Notes under the pieces: model-generated | What the model was told of the DNA's origin: nothing | Database searches by the model: none | The model's input: the letters and a program-made list of their open reading frames with translations, nothing else | In this document: one piece after another, positions 40,028 to 50,958 of the stretch | Numbering within the stretch: the stretch's first letter is position 1 | How the letters are laid out: every line of letters begins with the position of its first letter | Program-made: the position numbers and the translations under genes | Source: Pelagibacteraceae bacterium AG-422-B15 | GTDB taxonomy: Bacteria; Pseudomonadota; Alphaproteobacteria; Pelagibacterales; AG-422-B15 | Reading direction: 5' to 3' | Assembly (NCBI GenBank): GCA_905182345.1 | Contig: CAJJBG010000013.1 | Span: forward strand, 14,656 to 78,655 | DNA length: 64,000 nucleotides

Positions 40028-40903
40028 ATGTTTAAAGGTTCTTTTACAGCATTAATTACTCCATTTAAAGATGGCCAGTTTGACGAAGAATCTTTTAGAT
40101 CATTAATTGATTTCCAGATAAGCTCTGGTATTCATGGACTAGTCCCTACAGGCACTACAGGTGAATCGCCAACTTTAAGCCACGAAGAACACATTAAAAT
40201 TGTTGAAGTTTGTATAGAGCAAGCAAATAAAAAAGTTCCAATAATTGCTGGTACAGGATCAAATTCTACTGATGAAGCTTTATATTTAACAAAACATGCT
40301 GAAAAAGCTGGTGCCGATGCTGCGCTTGTTGTTACTCCATACTATAATAAGCCTTCGCAAGAAGGACTTTTGCAACATTTTACTAAAATTGCAAATAGCG
40401 TAAATATTCCAATAATTATTTATAATATTCCAAGTAGATCAGTCGTAGATATGTCAAATGAAACTATGGCAAAATTATTTGAAATTGAAAATATAGTTGG
40501 GGTGAAAGATGCGACAGCAGATGTGCCTAGAGTTTATTTTACAAAAACCGATATTGGAGAAAATTATAACATGTTGAGTGGGGACGATTCAACAACTTTG
40601 GCATTTATGCTATACGGTGGACATGGTTCTATATCTGTAACATCAAACATTGCGCCCAAGCTTTGTTCGGACTTTCAAAATTTATGTTTAGAAAAAAGAT
40701 TTGATGAAGCCACAAGCATAAATGATTTATTAATGCCATTGCATAGGGCACTCTTTTTGGAATCAAGTCCAGGCCCTGTTAAATATGCTGCAAAAAAACT
40801 AGGTTTATGTTCGGAGGAGGTAAGGCTGCCTGTAACCACTATCACTAATACTACTAAAAAAATTATTGATGATGCCTTAAGACACGCCTTGCTTATTAAC
40901 TAA
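40028..40903 (+). CDS. dapA: 4-hydroxy-tetrahydrodipicolinate synthase
   Basis: GTTGESPTL, GTGSNST, TPYYNKP, YNIPSRS, GVKDAT. Confidence 0.98.
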   Translation: MFKGSFTALITPFKDGQFDEESFRSLIDFQISSGIHGLVPTGTTGESPTLSHEEHIKIVEVCIEQANKKVPIIAGTGSNSTDEALYLTKHAEKAGADAALVVTPYYNKPSQEGLLQHFTKIANSVNIPIIIYNIPSRSVVDMSNETMAKLFEIENIVGVKDATADVPRVYFTKTDIGENYNMLSGDDSTTLAFMLYGGHGSISVTSNIAPKLCSDFQNLCLEKRFDEATSINDLLMPLHRALFLESSPGPVKYAAKKLGLCSEEVRLPVTTITNTTKKIIDDALRHALLIN

Positions 40904-40905
40904 AA

Positions 40906-41343
40906 TTGACAATTGCAGCCCAAAATAGAAAAGCACGTTATAATTACTTTTTCTTAGAAGTATTTGAAACAGGAATAGAACTTAAAGGCAGTGAAGTAAA
41001 ATCACTTCGGCTTGGTAGGGTAAATATAACTGAATCTTATGCAAGGGATGAAGGGAATGAAATATTTTTAATTAATTCACATTTTTCAAAATATACTAAC
41101 TCTTCCTACATGAATCATGAAGAAACACGTCCTAGAAAGCTTTTGCTAAGTAAAAAAGAAATTAGAAAGATTATAGGAAAAGTAAATAAAGAATCTCTAA
41201 CTTTAGTTCCAACTAAAATCTATTTTAATAAAAAAGGATTTGCTAAAGTTGAATTGGCCTTAGCAAAGGGAAAAAAATCTCATGACAAAAGAGAAGTTGA
41301 TAAGAAAAGATCTTGGGAGAGAGAAAAGAAAAAATATAAATGA
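40906..41343 (+). CDS. smpB: SsrA-binding protein (TTG start, short tail)
   Basis: NRKARYNY, GIELKGSEVKSLR, RPRKLLL, LAKGKKSHDKRE. Confidence 0.98.
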   Translation: MTIAAQNRKARYNYFFLEVFETGIELKGSEVKSLRLGRVNITESYARDEGNEIFLINSHFSKYTNSSYMNHEETRPRKLLLSKKEIRKIIGKVNKESLTLVPTKIYFNKKGFAKVELALAKGKKSHDKREVDKKRSWEREKKKYK

Positions 41344-41855
41344 TATATGCGCTTGGCTTAGGATCAAACTTACCTTCTCGATATGGAAGTCAATATTTAA
41401 CTTTAAAAAAGTCTATTCAGAGAATTAGAGAGAATAATATAACCGTCCTAAGAATTTCAAAGCTATATATTACCCAGCCAATGGGTATGAAAGGTAATAA
41501 CTGGTTTTTAAATGGGGCAATAATTATTTCAACTCAGTTAAAACCCTTCAATCTTTTAATGACCTTAAAGAAGATAGAAAGAGAAATGGGAAGAACTGTC
41601 TATAAGATTAATACGGCTAGACCTTGCGACTTAGATATATTGCTAACAAATAAAAATACAATTTTTAATAATACTCATGGGACACACACCATAATTATTC
41701 CACACCAAAGGATGCATGAGCGAGCCTTTGTATTAAGACCATTAATGGACATTTGCCCAAATTGGAATCATCCAATATTCAATAAAAGCATTAAAAGTAT
41801 CAATCTATCTCAAGAATTAGCTCAAAAAATAACAGTTTATAGAAATAACCTATGA
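41340..41855 (+). CDS. folK: 2-amino-4-hydroxy-6-hydroxymethyldihydropteridine pyrophosphokinase
   Basis: GLGSNL, FLNG, IEREMGR, ARPCDLDIL, PHQRMHERAFVLRPL. Confidence 0.95.
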   Translation: MIYALGLGSNLPSRYGSQYLTLKKSIQRIRENNITVLRISKLYITQPMGMKGNNWFLNGAIIISTQLKPFNLLMTLKKIEREMGRTVYKINTARPCDLDILLTNKNTIFNNTHGTHTIIIPHQRMHERAFVLRPLMDICPNWNHPIFNKSIKSINLSQELAQKITVYRNNL

Positions 41856-41902
41856 TATTATAACTGTTCCTATAACTAGAAAACCATGATTAAACGTAAG
41901 TT

Positions 41903-44026
41903 ATGCAACAACCAGACTTTATAAAAAATATTAAGTCGAATAGCGATGACGTTAACCAAGCTTTAATTGAAAAAGCATATTTTTTTGCCTTAAACGCGCA
42001 TAAATCTCAAAAAAGATACTCTGGGGATCCCTACATTTCACATCCAGTCAAAGTAGCTGAAATTCTTACGGGCTTAAAACTAGATACTGCAACTATCATA
42101 ACAGGACTTCTTCATGATACAGTTGAAGATACCTTGGCATCTATAGAGGAGATAAAAAATATTTTTGGTGCAGAGGTAGCTACTTTAGTTGCTGGAGTGA
42201 CGAAAATCTCAAAAATTAAAGCACATTCTGATAAAAAAAATCAGGCTGAAAATTTTAGAAAACTAATATTGGCAGTATCTAAAGATATCAGAGTATTGCT
42301 AGTTAAGTTAGCAGATAGACTACATAACATGCGCACTCTGAAATTTATTCCGAGTGAAGAAAGAAGAAAAAGTATTGCTTTGGAAACTATGGAAATTTAT
42401 GCTCCTTTAGCAGGAAGATTGGGCATGCAATCTTTTCGAGATGAATTGGAAGATTTGTCTTTTAAAATACTAAATGAAGCTGCTTATAATTCAATTAAAA
42501 ATAGAGTTGATTATCTTAAAAACAGTAGCAGTAATTTAACTGAAAAAATTAATATTCAAATAGTCAATTTATTAACTGAAGAGGAAATAAACTGTGATGT
42601 TTTTGGAAGAGAAAAAAAAATCTATTCAATCTGGAGAAAAATGCAATTAAAAGAAATTGCATTTAGGCAGTTATCGGACATTTTTGCCTATAGAATAATT
42701 ACAAAAAACAAAAGTGATTGTTATAGAGCCTTAGGAATTATTCATACTAAGTGGTCAGCAGTTCCGGGGTCATTTAAAGATTATATTTCTACCCCAAAAA
42801 TTAATAACTACAGCTCACTCCATACAACAATAGTCGGCCCACAGAGACAAAGAGTAGAATTACAAATTCGAACTAAAGAGATGAGTCAAATTGCAGACAG
42901 CGGTATAGCAGCACATTGGCAGTATAAAGATAATTACAATTTAACTGATGATTCATCTTCAGATCCAATTAATGTAACATGGCTAAGAGATCTAGTTGAT
43001 ATATTAGATTCTGGGGCAACTTCAGAAGAATTGCTTGAAGCAACAAAGTTAGAAATGTTTCAGCAGCAGGTATTTTGTTTTACACCCAAAGGTGATTTGA
43101 TTCATCTTCCTGAAAACTCTAATCCAATTGATTTTGCGTATGCGCTTCATTCAGAAATAGGAAATAGGTGTATTGGCTCTAAAGTTAATGGAAAATCTCA
43201 GCCATTGTTTATTAAGCTTAGTAACGGTGATGAGGTTGAAATATTAACTTCAAGAGGTCAGGAGCCATCTGAAGTCTGGGGAAACATTGCAACTACAGCA
43301 AAAGCACAATCATCAATAAAAAGATTTTTTAAAAAACAAGAAAACAGTGATTTTTTAGATTTAGGAAATCGAATACTTTTAAACTCTTTGGGTTACAAAG
43401 AAGATTTGCCTGATGATATTGCAAACCAAATGATGGATAAATTTAGAAAAAAATCTTTAAACGATTTACTAATTTCAGTTGGTAAAGGTCATATTAAAAA
43501 TAAAGAGATAGTAAAATTTAAGCCAAGAAAAAGACTTTCATTCTTTACTCGATATAGAAAAAACCCCAATAAAAAACTACCCTTAGAAATAAAAGGACTA
43601 CAGGCTGGGTTAGCAGTACATTTTGCTGAGTGTTGTCTACCTCTTCCTAATGAAAATATTATTGGTGTTTCAGAATCTGATGTTGGTGTAATTATTCATA
43701 ATTCTAACTGTAAAAAATTAACCGAAGATTTTGAAGAAGACCTCTGGCTGACTGCAACTTGGAAAGATATTGATGAAAACCAATTATTTACATCAAGAAT
43801 TAAAATATCAGTAGTTAATGAGCCTGGATCCTTAGGAATACTCGCATCACATATTGGACAAAATGGAGGTAATATTATTAATCTAAACATTTCCGAGAAA
43901 AGTAATGATTATTTTGATATGATATTTGAGATTAATCTCAAAGATCTTAAACACCTAAACCTTATAATAGAAAATCTTCGAGAACTTGATATAGTAAGTA
44001 TGGTAAAAAGGTTTTTTATTAATTGA
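41903..44026 (+). CDS. spoT: Bifunctional (p)ppGpp synthetase/hydrolase Rsh (HD-SYN-TGS-ACT)
   Basis: SGDPYISHP, LLHDTVEDT, KLADRLHNMRTL, FKDYIS.PK.N.Y.SLHT, ELQIRT, FTPKG, DFAY.LHS. Confidence 0.97.
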   Translation: MQQPDFIKNIKSNSDDVNQALIEKAYFFALNAHKSQKRYSGDPYISHPVKVAEILTGLKLDTATIITGLLHDTVEDTLASIEEIKNIFGAEVATLVAGVTKISKIKAHSDKKNQAENFRKLILAVSKDIRVLLVKLADRLHNMRTLKFIPSEERRKSIALETMEIYAPLAGRLGMQSFRDELEDLSFKILNEAAYNSIKNRVDYLKNSSSNLTEKINIQIVNLLTEEEINCDVFGREKKIYSIWRKMQLKEIAFRQLSDIFAYRIITKNKSDCYRALGIIHTKWSAVPGSFKDYISTPKINNYSSLHTTIVGPQRQRVELQIRTKEMSQIADSGIAAHWQYKDNYNLTDDSSSDPINVTWLRDLVDILDSGATSEELLEATKLEMFQQQVFCFTPKGDLIHLPENSNPIDFAYALHSEIGNRCIGSKVNGKSQPLFIKLSNGDEVEILTSRGQEPSEVWGNIATTAKAQSSIKRFFKKQENSDFLDLGNRILLNSLGYKEDLPDDIANQMMDKFRKKSLNDLLISVGKGHIKNKEIVKFKPRKRLSFFTRYRKNPNKKLPLEIKGLQAGLAVHFAECCLPLPNENIIGVSESDVGVIIHNSNCKKLTEDFEEDLWLTATWKDIDENQLFTSRIKISVVNEPGSLGILASHIGQNGGNIINLNISEKSNDYFDMIFEINLKDLKHLNLIIENLRELDIVSMVKRFFIN

Positions 44027-44028
44027 TT

Positions 44029-44607
44029 ATGGAAAAAGAAGAAATCATTAGCTTATTAGAAGACACAGGTGCTATTCAACATGGTCACTTTATACTTTCA
44101 TCTGGAAAAAGATCAGGTACTTATTGTCAATGTGCAAAATTATTTGTCCACCCAGAGATTGCTGAAAAGCTATGTATAGAACTTGCAAGTAAAGTAAAAA
44201 ATCTAGTAAATAAAAAAATAGATTATGTAGTTGCTCCAGCAATGGGGGGTATTTTAGTTGGCTATGAACTTGCAAGACATCTAAAAAGTAAATCAGTTTT
44301 TTATGAACGTGCTGAAAACATCTTTCAATTAAGAAGAGGCTTTAAAATTGAACCTAAATCTAACGTACTTCTTGTTGAAGATGTTATTACTACAGGGAAA
44401 TCTGCAAATGAATGTATTTCAGAGCTTAATAAAATTGGAGTTAATCTTCTGGCAAAAGTCTGCATCATTGATAGAACTAATTCTGATAGTGAAATACAAA
44501 ACCCAATATCAATCCACAAATTGGACATACCAATCTATGATAAAGATTCGTTGCCGGATGATTTAAAGGCAATAGAGGCAATTAAACCTGGAAGTAGAAT
44601 TATATAA
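44029..44607 (+). CDS. pyrE: Orotate phosphoribosyltransferase (start ATG 44029)
   Basis: GHFILSSGKRS, PAMGG, FQLRRGF, LLVEDVITTG. Confidence 0.96.
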   Translation: MEKEEIISLLEDTGAIQHGHFILSSGKRSGTYCQCAKLFVHPEIAEKLCIELASKVKNLVNKKIDYVVAPAMGGILVGYELARHLKSKSVFYERAENIFQLRRGFKIEPKSNVLLVEDVITTGKSANECISELNKIGVNLLAKVCIIDRTNSDSEIQNPISIHKLDIPIYDKDSLPDDLKAIEAIKPGSRII

Positions 44608-44611
44608 TAAT

Positions 44612-45343
44612 ATGTCAGATGCTCGGCTAGGTCTTAATATTGATCATGTTGCAACTGTGAGAAATGCACGTGGAGAAAATTATCCAAGCCCCTTAAGAGC
44701 AGCGTTAGATGCAGAAAAATTTGGCGTAGATGGTATTACTGCACATTTAAGGGAGGATAGGCGACATATTAGAGATGAAGACATAAAAGATCTGTCTGAT
44801 AATTTGTCTATTCCACTAAACCTAGAAATGGCCCCCACGCAAGAGATGCTAGAAATAGCCTTAAGACATAAACCTAATGCATGTTGTATTGTGCCTGAAA
44901 AAAGAGAAGAAGTTACAACTGAAGGTGGCATAGATACCCTTAAAAACTTTGAAACTTTAAAAAGATTTACTACTGAAATTAAAAATGTGGGCACAAGAGT
45001 TTCCTTATTTATTGATGCGGATCAACTGCATATTGATAAAAGCTTTGAAATAGGAGCTGATATTATTGAAATACACACGGGAAGCTATTGTAAGTTAATT
45101 GAGTCAGATGACCCCAATGCTAGCAAGCAACTAGAAAAAATTATTTTAGCCATTGAGTATGCAAGTAAAATAGGTTTGGAAGTACACGCTGGACATGGTA
45201 TTACTTTTCAATCTATTAAACCTTTAGCCAATCTTAAACTAATTAAAGAGTTCAATATAGGTCACTTTTTAATCAGTGAGTCTATTTATATTGGATTAGA
45301 AAATGCTATAGGAAAAATGAAATCTTTAATTAAAGAAAGTTAG
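44612..45343 (+). CDS. pdxJ: Pyridoxine 5'-phosphate synthase
   Basis: LGLNIDHVATVRNARG, ITAHLREDRRHI, VPEKREEVTTEGG, VHAGHG, NIGHFL. Confidence 0.98.
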   Translation: MSDARLGLNIDHVATVRNARGENYPSPLRAALDAEKFGVDGITAHLREDRRHIRDEDIKDLSDNLSIPLNLEMAPTQEMLEIALRHKPNACCIVPEKREEVTTEGGIDTLKNFETLKRFTTEIKNVGTRVSLFIDADQLHIDKSFEIGADIIEIHTGSYCKLIESDDPNASKQLEKIILAIEYASKIGLEVHAGHGITFQSIKPLANLKLIKEFNIGHFLISESIYIGLENAIGKMKSLIKES

Positions 45344-45347
45344 TTAT

Positions 45348-45737
45348 ATGCTTGGGATAGGAACTGATATACTTGATATTCGTAGAATAGAAAAAACTAT
45401 TATTCGCTTTGGTGATCGTTTTAAAGAAAGAATTTTTACTGATAATGAAATTAAGAAATGTGAAGCCAGGAATCAATCAATCAATTGCTATGCAAAAAGA
45501 TTTGCTGCAAAAGAGGCTGCATCAAAAGCATTGGGTACAGGTTTTAGAGAAGGTGTTTTTTGGAAAGATTTAGAAGTCAGTAATTTGCCATCTGGTCAGC
45601 CTACTATAGTATTTCATGGAGGTGCAAAACAACATTTAGAGAAACTAATTTCACCTAAAAAGAACGCTTCAGTAAATTTGACTATTACAGATGAATATCC
45701 CTATGCTCATGCAATTGTTGCAATAGGAGTTAATTAA
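45348..45737 (+). CDS. acpS: Holo-ACP synthase
   Basis: GIGTD, AKRFAAKEAASKALGTG, GQP. Confidence 0.97.
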   Translation: MLGIGTDILDIRRIEKTIIRFGDRFKERIFTDNEIKKCEARNQSINCYAKRFAAKEAASKALGTGFREGVFWKDLEVSNLPSGQPTIVFHGGAKQHLEKLISPKKNASVNLTITDEYPYAHAIVAIGVN

Positions 45738-45741
45738 TAAT

Positions 45742-46476
45742 ATGAAAGAAAAGCTATCAACATTAGAATGGGTTAAATCAAATGCTTTATCCCTTATTTA
45801 CGCCTTACTAATAGCTATCATTATAAGATCATTTTTTTTTCAAGCATTTTTTATACCATCTTCATCCATGGAACCATCTCTCTTAGTTGGTGACAGAATT
45901 TTTGTATCCAAATTTAGCTATGGCTTTAGTAAGCACTCACTTCCATTTAGTTTTCCTTTAATTAGTGATCGTATTTTATTCAATGAACCTGACAGAGGCG
46001 ATACAATTGTATTTAAAACACCAGAAAACCTAAGAATAGATTACATAAAAAGATTGGTGGGCTTACCAGGAGATGAGATTCAAATGATTGATGGTGTTTT
46101 ACATATAAATTCTAAAGCAGTTATTAGAGAAAAAATTCGTGAACAATCAAAAATAGTTAATAATGGAAAAGTTATAACTGCCTCAGTATTTAAAGAAACA
46201 TTTCCCAATGGAAAATCATTTGAAACATATGACTTTGGCAACACAAGGGCAGATAATACAAAAAAATTTTTAGTTCCTGTAGGCATGTATTTTTTTATGG
46301 GGGACAATAGAGACAACTCAAAAGATAGTCGATTTATTGGTCCTGTCCCTAGAGAAAATTTAGTTGGCAAAGCTCAAATCATCTTTTTTGCCACTGAAAA
46401 TGGCTCTACTATTTTAGAATTTTGGAAGTGGCCATTCGATATTCAATTCAATCGAATATTTAAAATCATTAGATAG
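45742..46476 (+). CDS. lepB: Signal peptidase I
   Basis: IPSSSMEPSL, DYIKRLVGLPGD, MGDNRDNSKDSR. Confidence 0.98.
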   Translation: MKEKLSTLEWVKSNALSLIYALLIAIIIRSFFFQAFFIPSSSMEPSLLVGDRIFVSKFSYGFSKHSLPFSFPLISDRILFNEPDRGDTIVFKTPENLRIDYIKRLVGLPGDEIQMIDGVLHINSKAVIREKIREQSKIVNNGKVITASVFKETFPNGKSFETYDFGNTRADNTKKFLVPVGMYFFMGDNRDNSKDSRFIGPVPRENLVGKAQIIFFATENGSTILEFWKWPFDIQFNRIFKIIR

Positions 46477-46478
46477 TC

Positions 46479-47147
46479 ATGGATAAAGATACTTTACAAA
46501 ATAAAATTTCTTATTCATTTAAAAATGAAGATATGTTAACTAGAGCACTTACACATAAAAGTACTATGATCAATATTCACAATGAACAGTATGAATTCTT
46601 AGGCGATCGTGTGTTAGGCTTAGTCATTTCAGAAAATCTATTGAAAAATCATGGTGATTTACCAGAAGGAAATCTTGATAAAGTGTTTAGCACACTAGTA
46701 AATAAAGAAAAATGTGCAGCAGTTGCAAGTTCAATAGACTTAGGTGACTATTTATATCTGGGTCAAACAGAAATAACATCCAATGGAAAAAATAAAGCAA
46801 GTATCCTTGCGGATGCATGTGAGGCTTTAATAGCATCTATTTATTTAGATGGTGGCTATCAAGCGGCAAAATCATTTATATTAACATATTGGGACGAAGC
46901 ATTATCTACAGTTGATTTAAACTTTAAAGATTCTAAATCTTCATTACAAGAATGGAGCTTAAAGAAATATAAAAAACTTCCTGAGTACAGATTATTAGAA
47001 GAAGAAGGTCCCGCTCATTCACCAATATTTAAAGTTGCTGTTAATATAGAGGGCTATATATCTGCTACAGCTACAGCAGGCAGTATTAAAGAAGCAGAAA
47101 AAAAAGCAGCTATTGTCTTTATTAATTTAAATGGCATTGAGGCTTAA
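46479..47147 (+). CDS. rnc: Ribonuclease III
   Basis: ALTHKS, EFLGDRVLG, ADACEALIAS, DSKSSLQEW dsRBD, GPAHSP.F. Confidence 0.97.
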   Translation: MDKDTLQNKISYSFKNEDMLTRALTHKSTMINIHNEQYEFLGDRVLGLVISENLLKNHGDLPEGNLDKVFSTLVNKEKCAAVASSIDLGDYLYLGQTEITSNGKNKASILADACEALIASIYLDGGYQAAKSFILTYWDEALSTVDLNFKDSKSSLQEWSLKKYKKLPEYRLLEEEGPAHSPIFKVAVNIEGYISATATAGSIKEAEKKAAIVFINLNGIEA

Positions 47148-47152
47148 TTAAC

Positions 47153-48001
47153 ATGAAGAGTGGTATTACTTTACTTCTAGGGGCTACAAACTCAGGTAAA
47201 TCAACCTTAGTAAATCAAATTGTTGGTAAAAGAGTCTCAATGGTTTCTCGAAAAAAACAATCAACTACATTTAACCAGAAAGCTGTAAAAAATATTTCTG
47301 AAGTAGAGTACATTCTACAAGACACTCCAGGAATATATTCTGCAAAAACTAAAATCAGCAACAAGATGACTAATACGGCCTTTTCTTCTATTGATGAAGC
47401 GGATTTAATATTAGTTGTAGTAGATTCAGGCTCAACAAAGAACAGCGAAATTAATAAGATAATTAAAACACTAAGTGATGTTCCGCATAGAGCAAAAGTT
47501 TTTTTAGTATTAAATAAAATTGACAAAGTAAACAAAGAAACCATTCTTCAAAAAATAAATGATCTTGGGGATATGGATTTATTCAAAGAAATATTTCCAA
47601 TCTCGGCCCTTACAGGCGAAGGAGTTGAAGAGATGTTAGGTTTTATAAAAAAATACTTACCTGATGCTGAAAAAAAATATTCTAATAAAAAAACCCTATT
47701 TATAAAAAAAGATGTTTATTACACGGAGGTAACTAGAGAAAAAGTTTATGATCGAACGCATAAAGAAATTCCTTATGAGTGTAGTGTTACAACAGATAAA
47801 ATTTCTAACTCAAAAAGTGCAATTACTATTCATCAAACTATCCATGTCCATAGAAAATCGCATAAATATATTTTAGTGGGAAACAAAGGAAGTAATCTCA
47901 AAATAATAGGAGAAACCTCTAGAAAAGAAATATCAAAATTTATGAATAAAAAAATCAACCTATTTTTATTTGTAAAATTAACTAGCCCTAATAAGTCATG
48001 A
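47153..48001 (+). CDS. era: GTPase Era (divergent, short)
   Basis: GATNSGKS, DTPG, NKID, ISA, REK..EIPY, KH GNKG; rnc-era-recO order. Confidence 0.93.
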   Translation: MKSGITLLLGATNSGKSTLVNQIVGKRVSMVSRKKQSTTFNQKAVKNISEVEYILQDTPGIYSAKTKISNKMTNTAFSSIDEADLILVVVDSGSTKNSEINKIIKTLSDVPHRAKVFLVLNKIDKVNKETILQKINDLGDMDLFKEIFPISALTGEGVEEMLGFIKKYLPDAEKKYSNKKTLFIKKDVYYTEVTREKVYDRTHKEIPYECSVTTDKISNSKSAITIHQTIHVHRKSHKYILVGNKGSNLKIIGETSRKEISKFMNKKINLFLFVKLTSPNKS

Positions 48002-48720
48002 GATGGACCAGTGAAGGCTTAGTCTTAAATTTTAAATCTCACAATGAAAAATCCTATATTTTAGAAGTTTTAACTCGTGACTATGGAAAGCATAAAGGCT
48101 TAATTAGAGGAGTTCATTCTAAGAATATTAGATCAATAATTGAGCCAGGGAATGAAATTAATGCAAACTGGTCTGGTAGATTGGAAACCCACCTAGGAAG
48201 TTTTTCAATTGAAAGCATAAAGCCCTGGTCATCTCTAATCCTAAATCAAAAAGAAAGATTGTGCGCACTGACTGCTGCATGCAGCCTAGTGTCAATCACA
48301 CTTGCAGAAAAACAGCCAAATGATGCAGTATATCTAGGATTTAAATCACTTATTGAAGTCCTTACTTCAGGCAAAGATGATTGGATTAAAAGCTATATTA
48401 TTTGGGAATTAAATTTATTAAGGGAAATAGGATATGGGTTAGATTTATCAAAATGTGCAGTAACAAATCAAAAAGATAATCTTGTCTATGTGTCACCTTC
48501 AACTGGTTCAGCTGTAACAGAGACTGGGGCAGGAGAATATAAAAATAAATTAATAAAACTCCCTACATTTTTGATTAATAATAACATTGATCCATCAAAA
48601 AATGATATTATCGATGGCCTAAATCTAAGTGAATTTTTCTTTAAAAAATGGTTTTTTCAACCAAATAATCTTAATTTCCCTGAATCAAGGAATCGCCTTA
48701 AAGGTATGTATATAATTTAA
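47998..48720 (+). CDS. recO: DNA repair protein RecO
   Basis: [41 protein letters not shown]. Confidence 0.95.
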   Translation: MRWTSEGLVLNFKSHNEKSYILEVLTRDYGKHKGLIRGVHSKNIRSIIEPGNEINANWSGRLETHLGSFSIESIKPWSSLILNQKERLCALTAACSLVSITLAEKQPNDAVYLGFKSLIEVLTSGKDDWIKSYIIWELNLLREIGYGLDLSKCAVTNQKDNLVYVSPSTGSAVTETGAGEYKNKLIKLPTFLINNNIDPSKNDIIDGLNLSEFFFKKWFFQPNNLNFPESRNRLKGMYII

Positions 48721-48725
48721 AAATT

Positions 48726-50939
48726 ATGAAAGAAGAAAAGATACAATTTACCCATGCTCTTGAAGAAAGGTATTTAGCTTATGCTTTATCAACTATTACT
48801 CATAGAGCACTTCCAGATGTAAGAGATGGCTTAAAACCAGTCCACAGAAGACTGCTTTATGCAATGTCTCAATTAAGGCTTGGTTCAGGAACAGGCTTTA
48901 AAAAATCTGCAAGAATAGTAGGTGATGTTATTGGAAAATATCACCCTCATGGTGATCAATCAGTTTATGATGCCTTAGTTAGATTAGCACAAAATTTTTC
49001 AACTCGATATTTGCTTATCGATGGCCAAGGCAACTTTGGAAATATTGATGGCGATAATGCTGCAGCCATGCGTTACACGGAAGCAAAACTAACTTCAATA
49101 TCTGAATTAATGTTGCAAGACATATCTGAAGATACTGTTGATTTTATTAAAACTTATGATGGTACTGAAAGTGAACCTGTAGTTTTACCATGTGCTTTTC
49201 CTAGTCTTATCGCAAATGGTTCCTCTGGTATTGCAGTGGGCATGGCAACAAATATACCCCCACATAACATCGGAGAGATTTGCAAGGCTCTAATTAAAAT
49301 TTTAAAAAATCCAAATAGTACTGTTGCACAGCTAATGACTGTTATTCCTGGACCAGATTTTCCTACAGGCGGTGAAATTATTGATAGCAATACAACAATT
49401 AAAGAGGCATATTCAAAAGGTAAGGGTTCTTTAAAATTAAGAGCCAAATGGCAAGAAGAAAGTCTCGGTCGTGGTCAGTATCAGATTGTAATTAGCGAGA
49501 TACCTTACCAGGTAAATAAATCTAGAATAATAGAAAAAATTTCTGAGCTTATTGATACAAAAAAGATTAATTATCTAGAGACAATTCAAGATGAGTCAGC
49601 TGAAGATATTCGCATTGTGTTACTGCCAAAAACTAGAAGCATTAAGTCAACAGTGATTATGGAAGACATTTTTAAATCAACAGATTTAGAAATCAGATTT
49701 TCAATAAACATGAATGCTATAGATTCTAAATTTGAGCCAAAACTCTTTAACTTAAAAGAAATTCTCAATTCATTTATTGGCCATAGATATGAAATACTAA
49801 AAAGAAGAACCAAATATCGCTTAAGCCAAACAGAAAATAGAATAGAGATTTTAAAAGGATTTTTGACTGTATTTAAAAATCTCGATAAGATTATTAAAAT
49901 TATTAGAACTGACAGTGATCCAGAAAAAAAACTTATTGCAACCTTCAAATTTACCAAAAGACAAGTAGAGGCAGTTTTAGCAATGAGATTAAGACAACTA
50001 AAAAAACTTGAAGAAAAAGAAATTAATCGAGAATACCAAGAATTAGTTGATTATCGTAAAGACTTAAATTTAATTTTAAAATCAAAAGTTAAGCAAACAT
50101 CAATATTAAACAATGAATTCTCTAATATTTTAGAAAAATATCATAGTAAATCTATTGAAGGCAAAAGAAGAACTGTGATCAATGATAATTATCAAGCAGT
50201 TGAATATTCCATAGATGAATTTGACAGCAAGGAGCCAATATCAATTGTCTGCTCTCATAATGGTTGGATAAAATCAATTAAAGGTCATCAAGATGATTAT
50301 AGTAATATAAAATATAAAGATGGAGATAAGTCTAACTTTGTTATTCAATGCAAAAATAATGATAAGCTGCTTCTTTTTTCTTCACTGGGTAAATTTTACA
50401 CACTTAGTTGCTCAAAAATAACTACAGGCAGAGGTTTTGGTGAGCCTGTAAGTGTAATGGTAGATAAATCTGATAATGAAGAGGTGGTTGAGTTATTTGT
50501 CTATAATGAAAATGAAAACTATTTAATTGCCAGTGCTTCTGGTAGAGGCTTTATTGTAAATACTTCAGATTTAATTGCTTTAACGAGATCAGGAAAAAGA
50601 ATAATGAATCTAAAATCAGATGATAAAGCTGTTTCTTGCAATAAATCTATAGGAAATTATTTGGGTGTTATTAGTGGAGATAAGAAATCATTAAAATTCT
50701 TAACTTACGAAACATCTGAAATACCACAAATGCAAAAAGGAAGAGGCATTACCCTTCAAAAATTTAAAGCTGGAAAAACATACTATGCATTTACCTACGA
50801 AAAAAGATCTGGTATTGTTTTTAGTAGCTCTAATAAAAAATCAATTCCCTTTACTAATTTAAAACCATGGCTTGGAAAAAGAGCGCAAGCAGGAAAGATC
50901 CAGCCTAAAAACTTACTTAATAGACTATTAGATAAATAA
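48726..50939 (+). CDS. parC: DNA topoisomerase IV subunit A
   Basis: [39 protein letters not shown]; 737 aa with ParC-type C-terminus. Confidence 0.93.
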   Translation: MKEEKIQFTHALEERYLAYALSTITHRALPDVRDGLKPVHRRLLYAMSQLRLGSGTGFKKSARIVGDVIGKYHPHGDQSVYDALVRLAQNFSTRYLLIDGQGNFGNIDGDNAAAMRYTEAKLTSISELMLQDISEDTVDFIKTYDGTESEPVVLPCAFPSLIANGSSGIAVGMATNIPPHNIGEICKALIKILKNPNSTVAQLMTVIPGPDFPTGGEIIDSNTTIKEAYSKGKGSLKLRAKWQEESLGRGQYQIVISEIPYQVNKSRIIEKISELIDTKKINYLETIQDESAEDIRIVLLPKTRSIKSTVIMEDIFKSTDLEIRFSINMNAIDSKFEPKLFNLKEILNSFIGHRYEILKRRTKYRLSQTENRIEILKGFLTVFKNLDKIIKIIRTDSDPEKKLIATFKFTKRQVEAVLAMRLRQLKKLEEKEINREYQELVDYRKDLNLILKSKVKQTSILNNEFSNILEKYHSKSIEGKRRTVINDNYQAVEYSIDEFDSKEPISIVCSHNGWIKSIKGHQDDYSNIKYKDGDKSNFVIQCKNNDKLLLFSSLGKFYTLSCSKITTGRGFGEPVSVMVDKSDNEEVVELFVYNENENYLIASASGRGFIVNTSDLIALTRSGKRIMNLKSDDKAVSCNKSIGNYLGVISGDKKSLKFLTYETSEIPQMQKGRGITLQKFKAGKTYYAFTYEKRSGIVFSSSNKKSIPFTNLKPWLGKRAQAGKIQPKNLLNRLLDK

Positions 50940-50958
50940 ATATTTGTTATAATCAATT

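Noticed and set aside
48940-48975. Par[13 protein letters not shown] as acquired quinolone resistance; parE not adjacent
   Set aside because: Similar QRDR variants and unlinked parE are usual in Alphaproteobacteria
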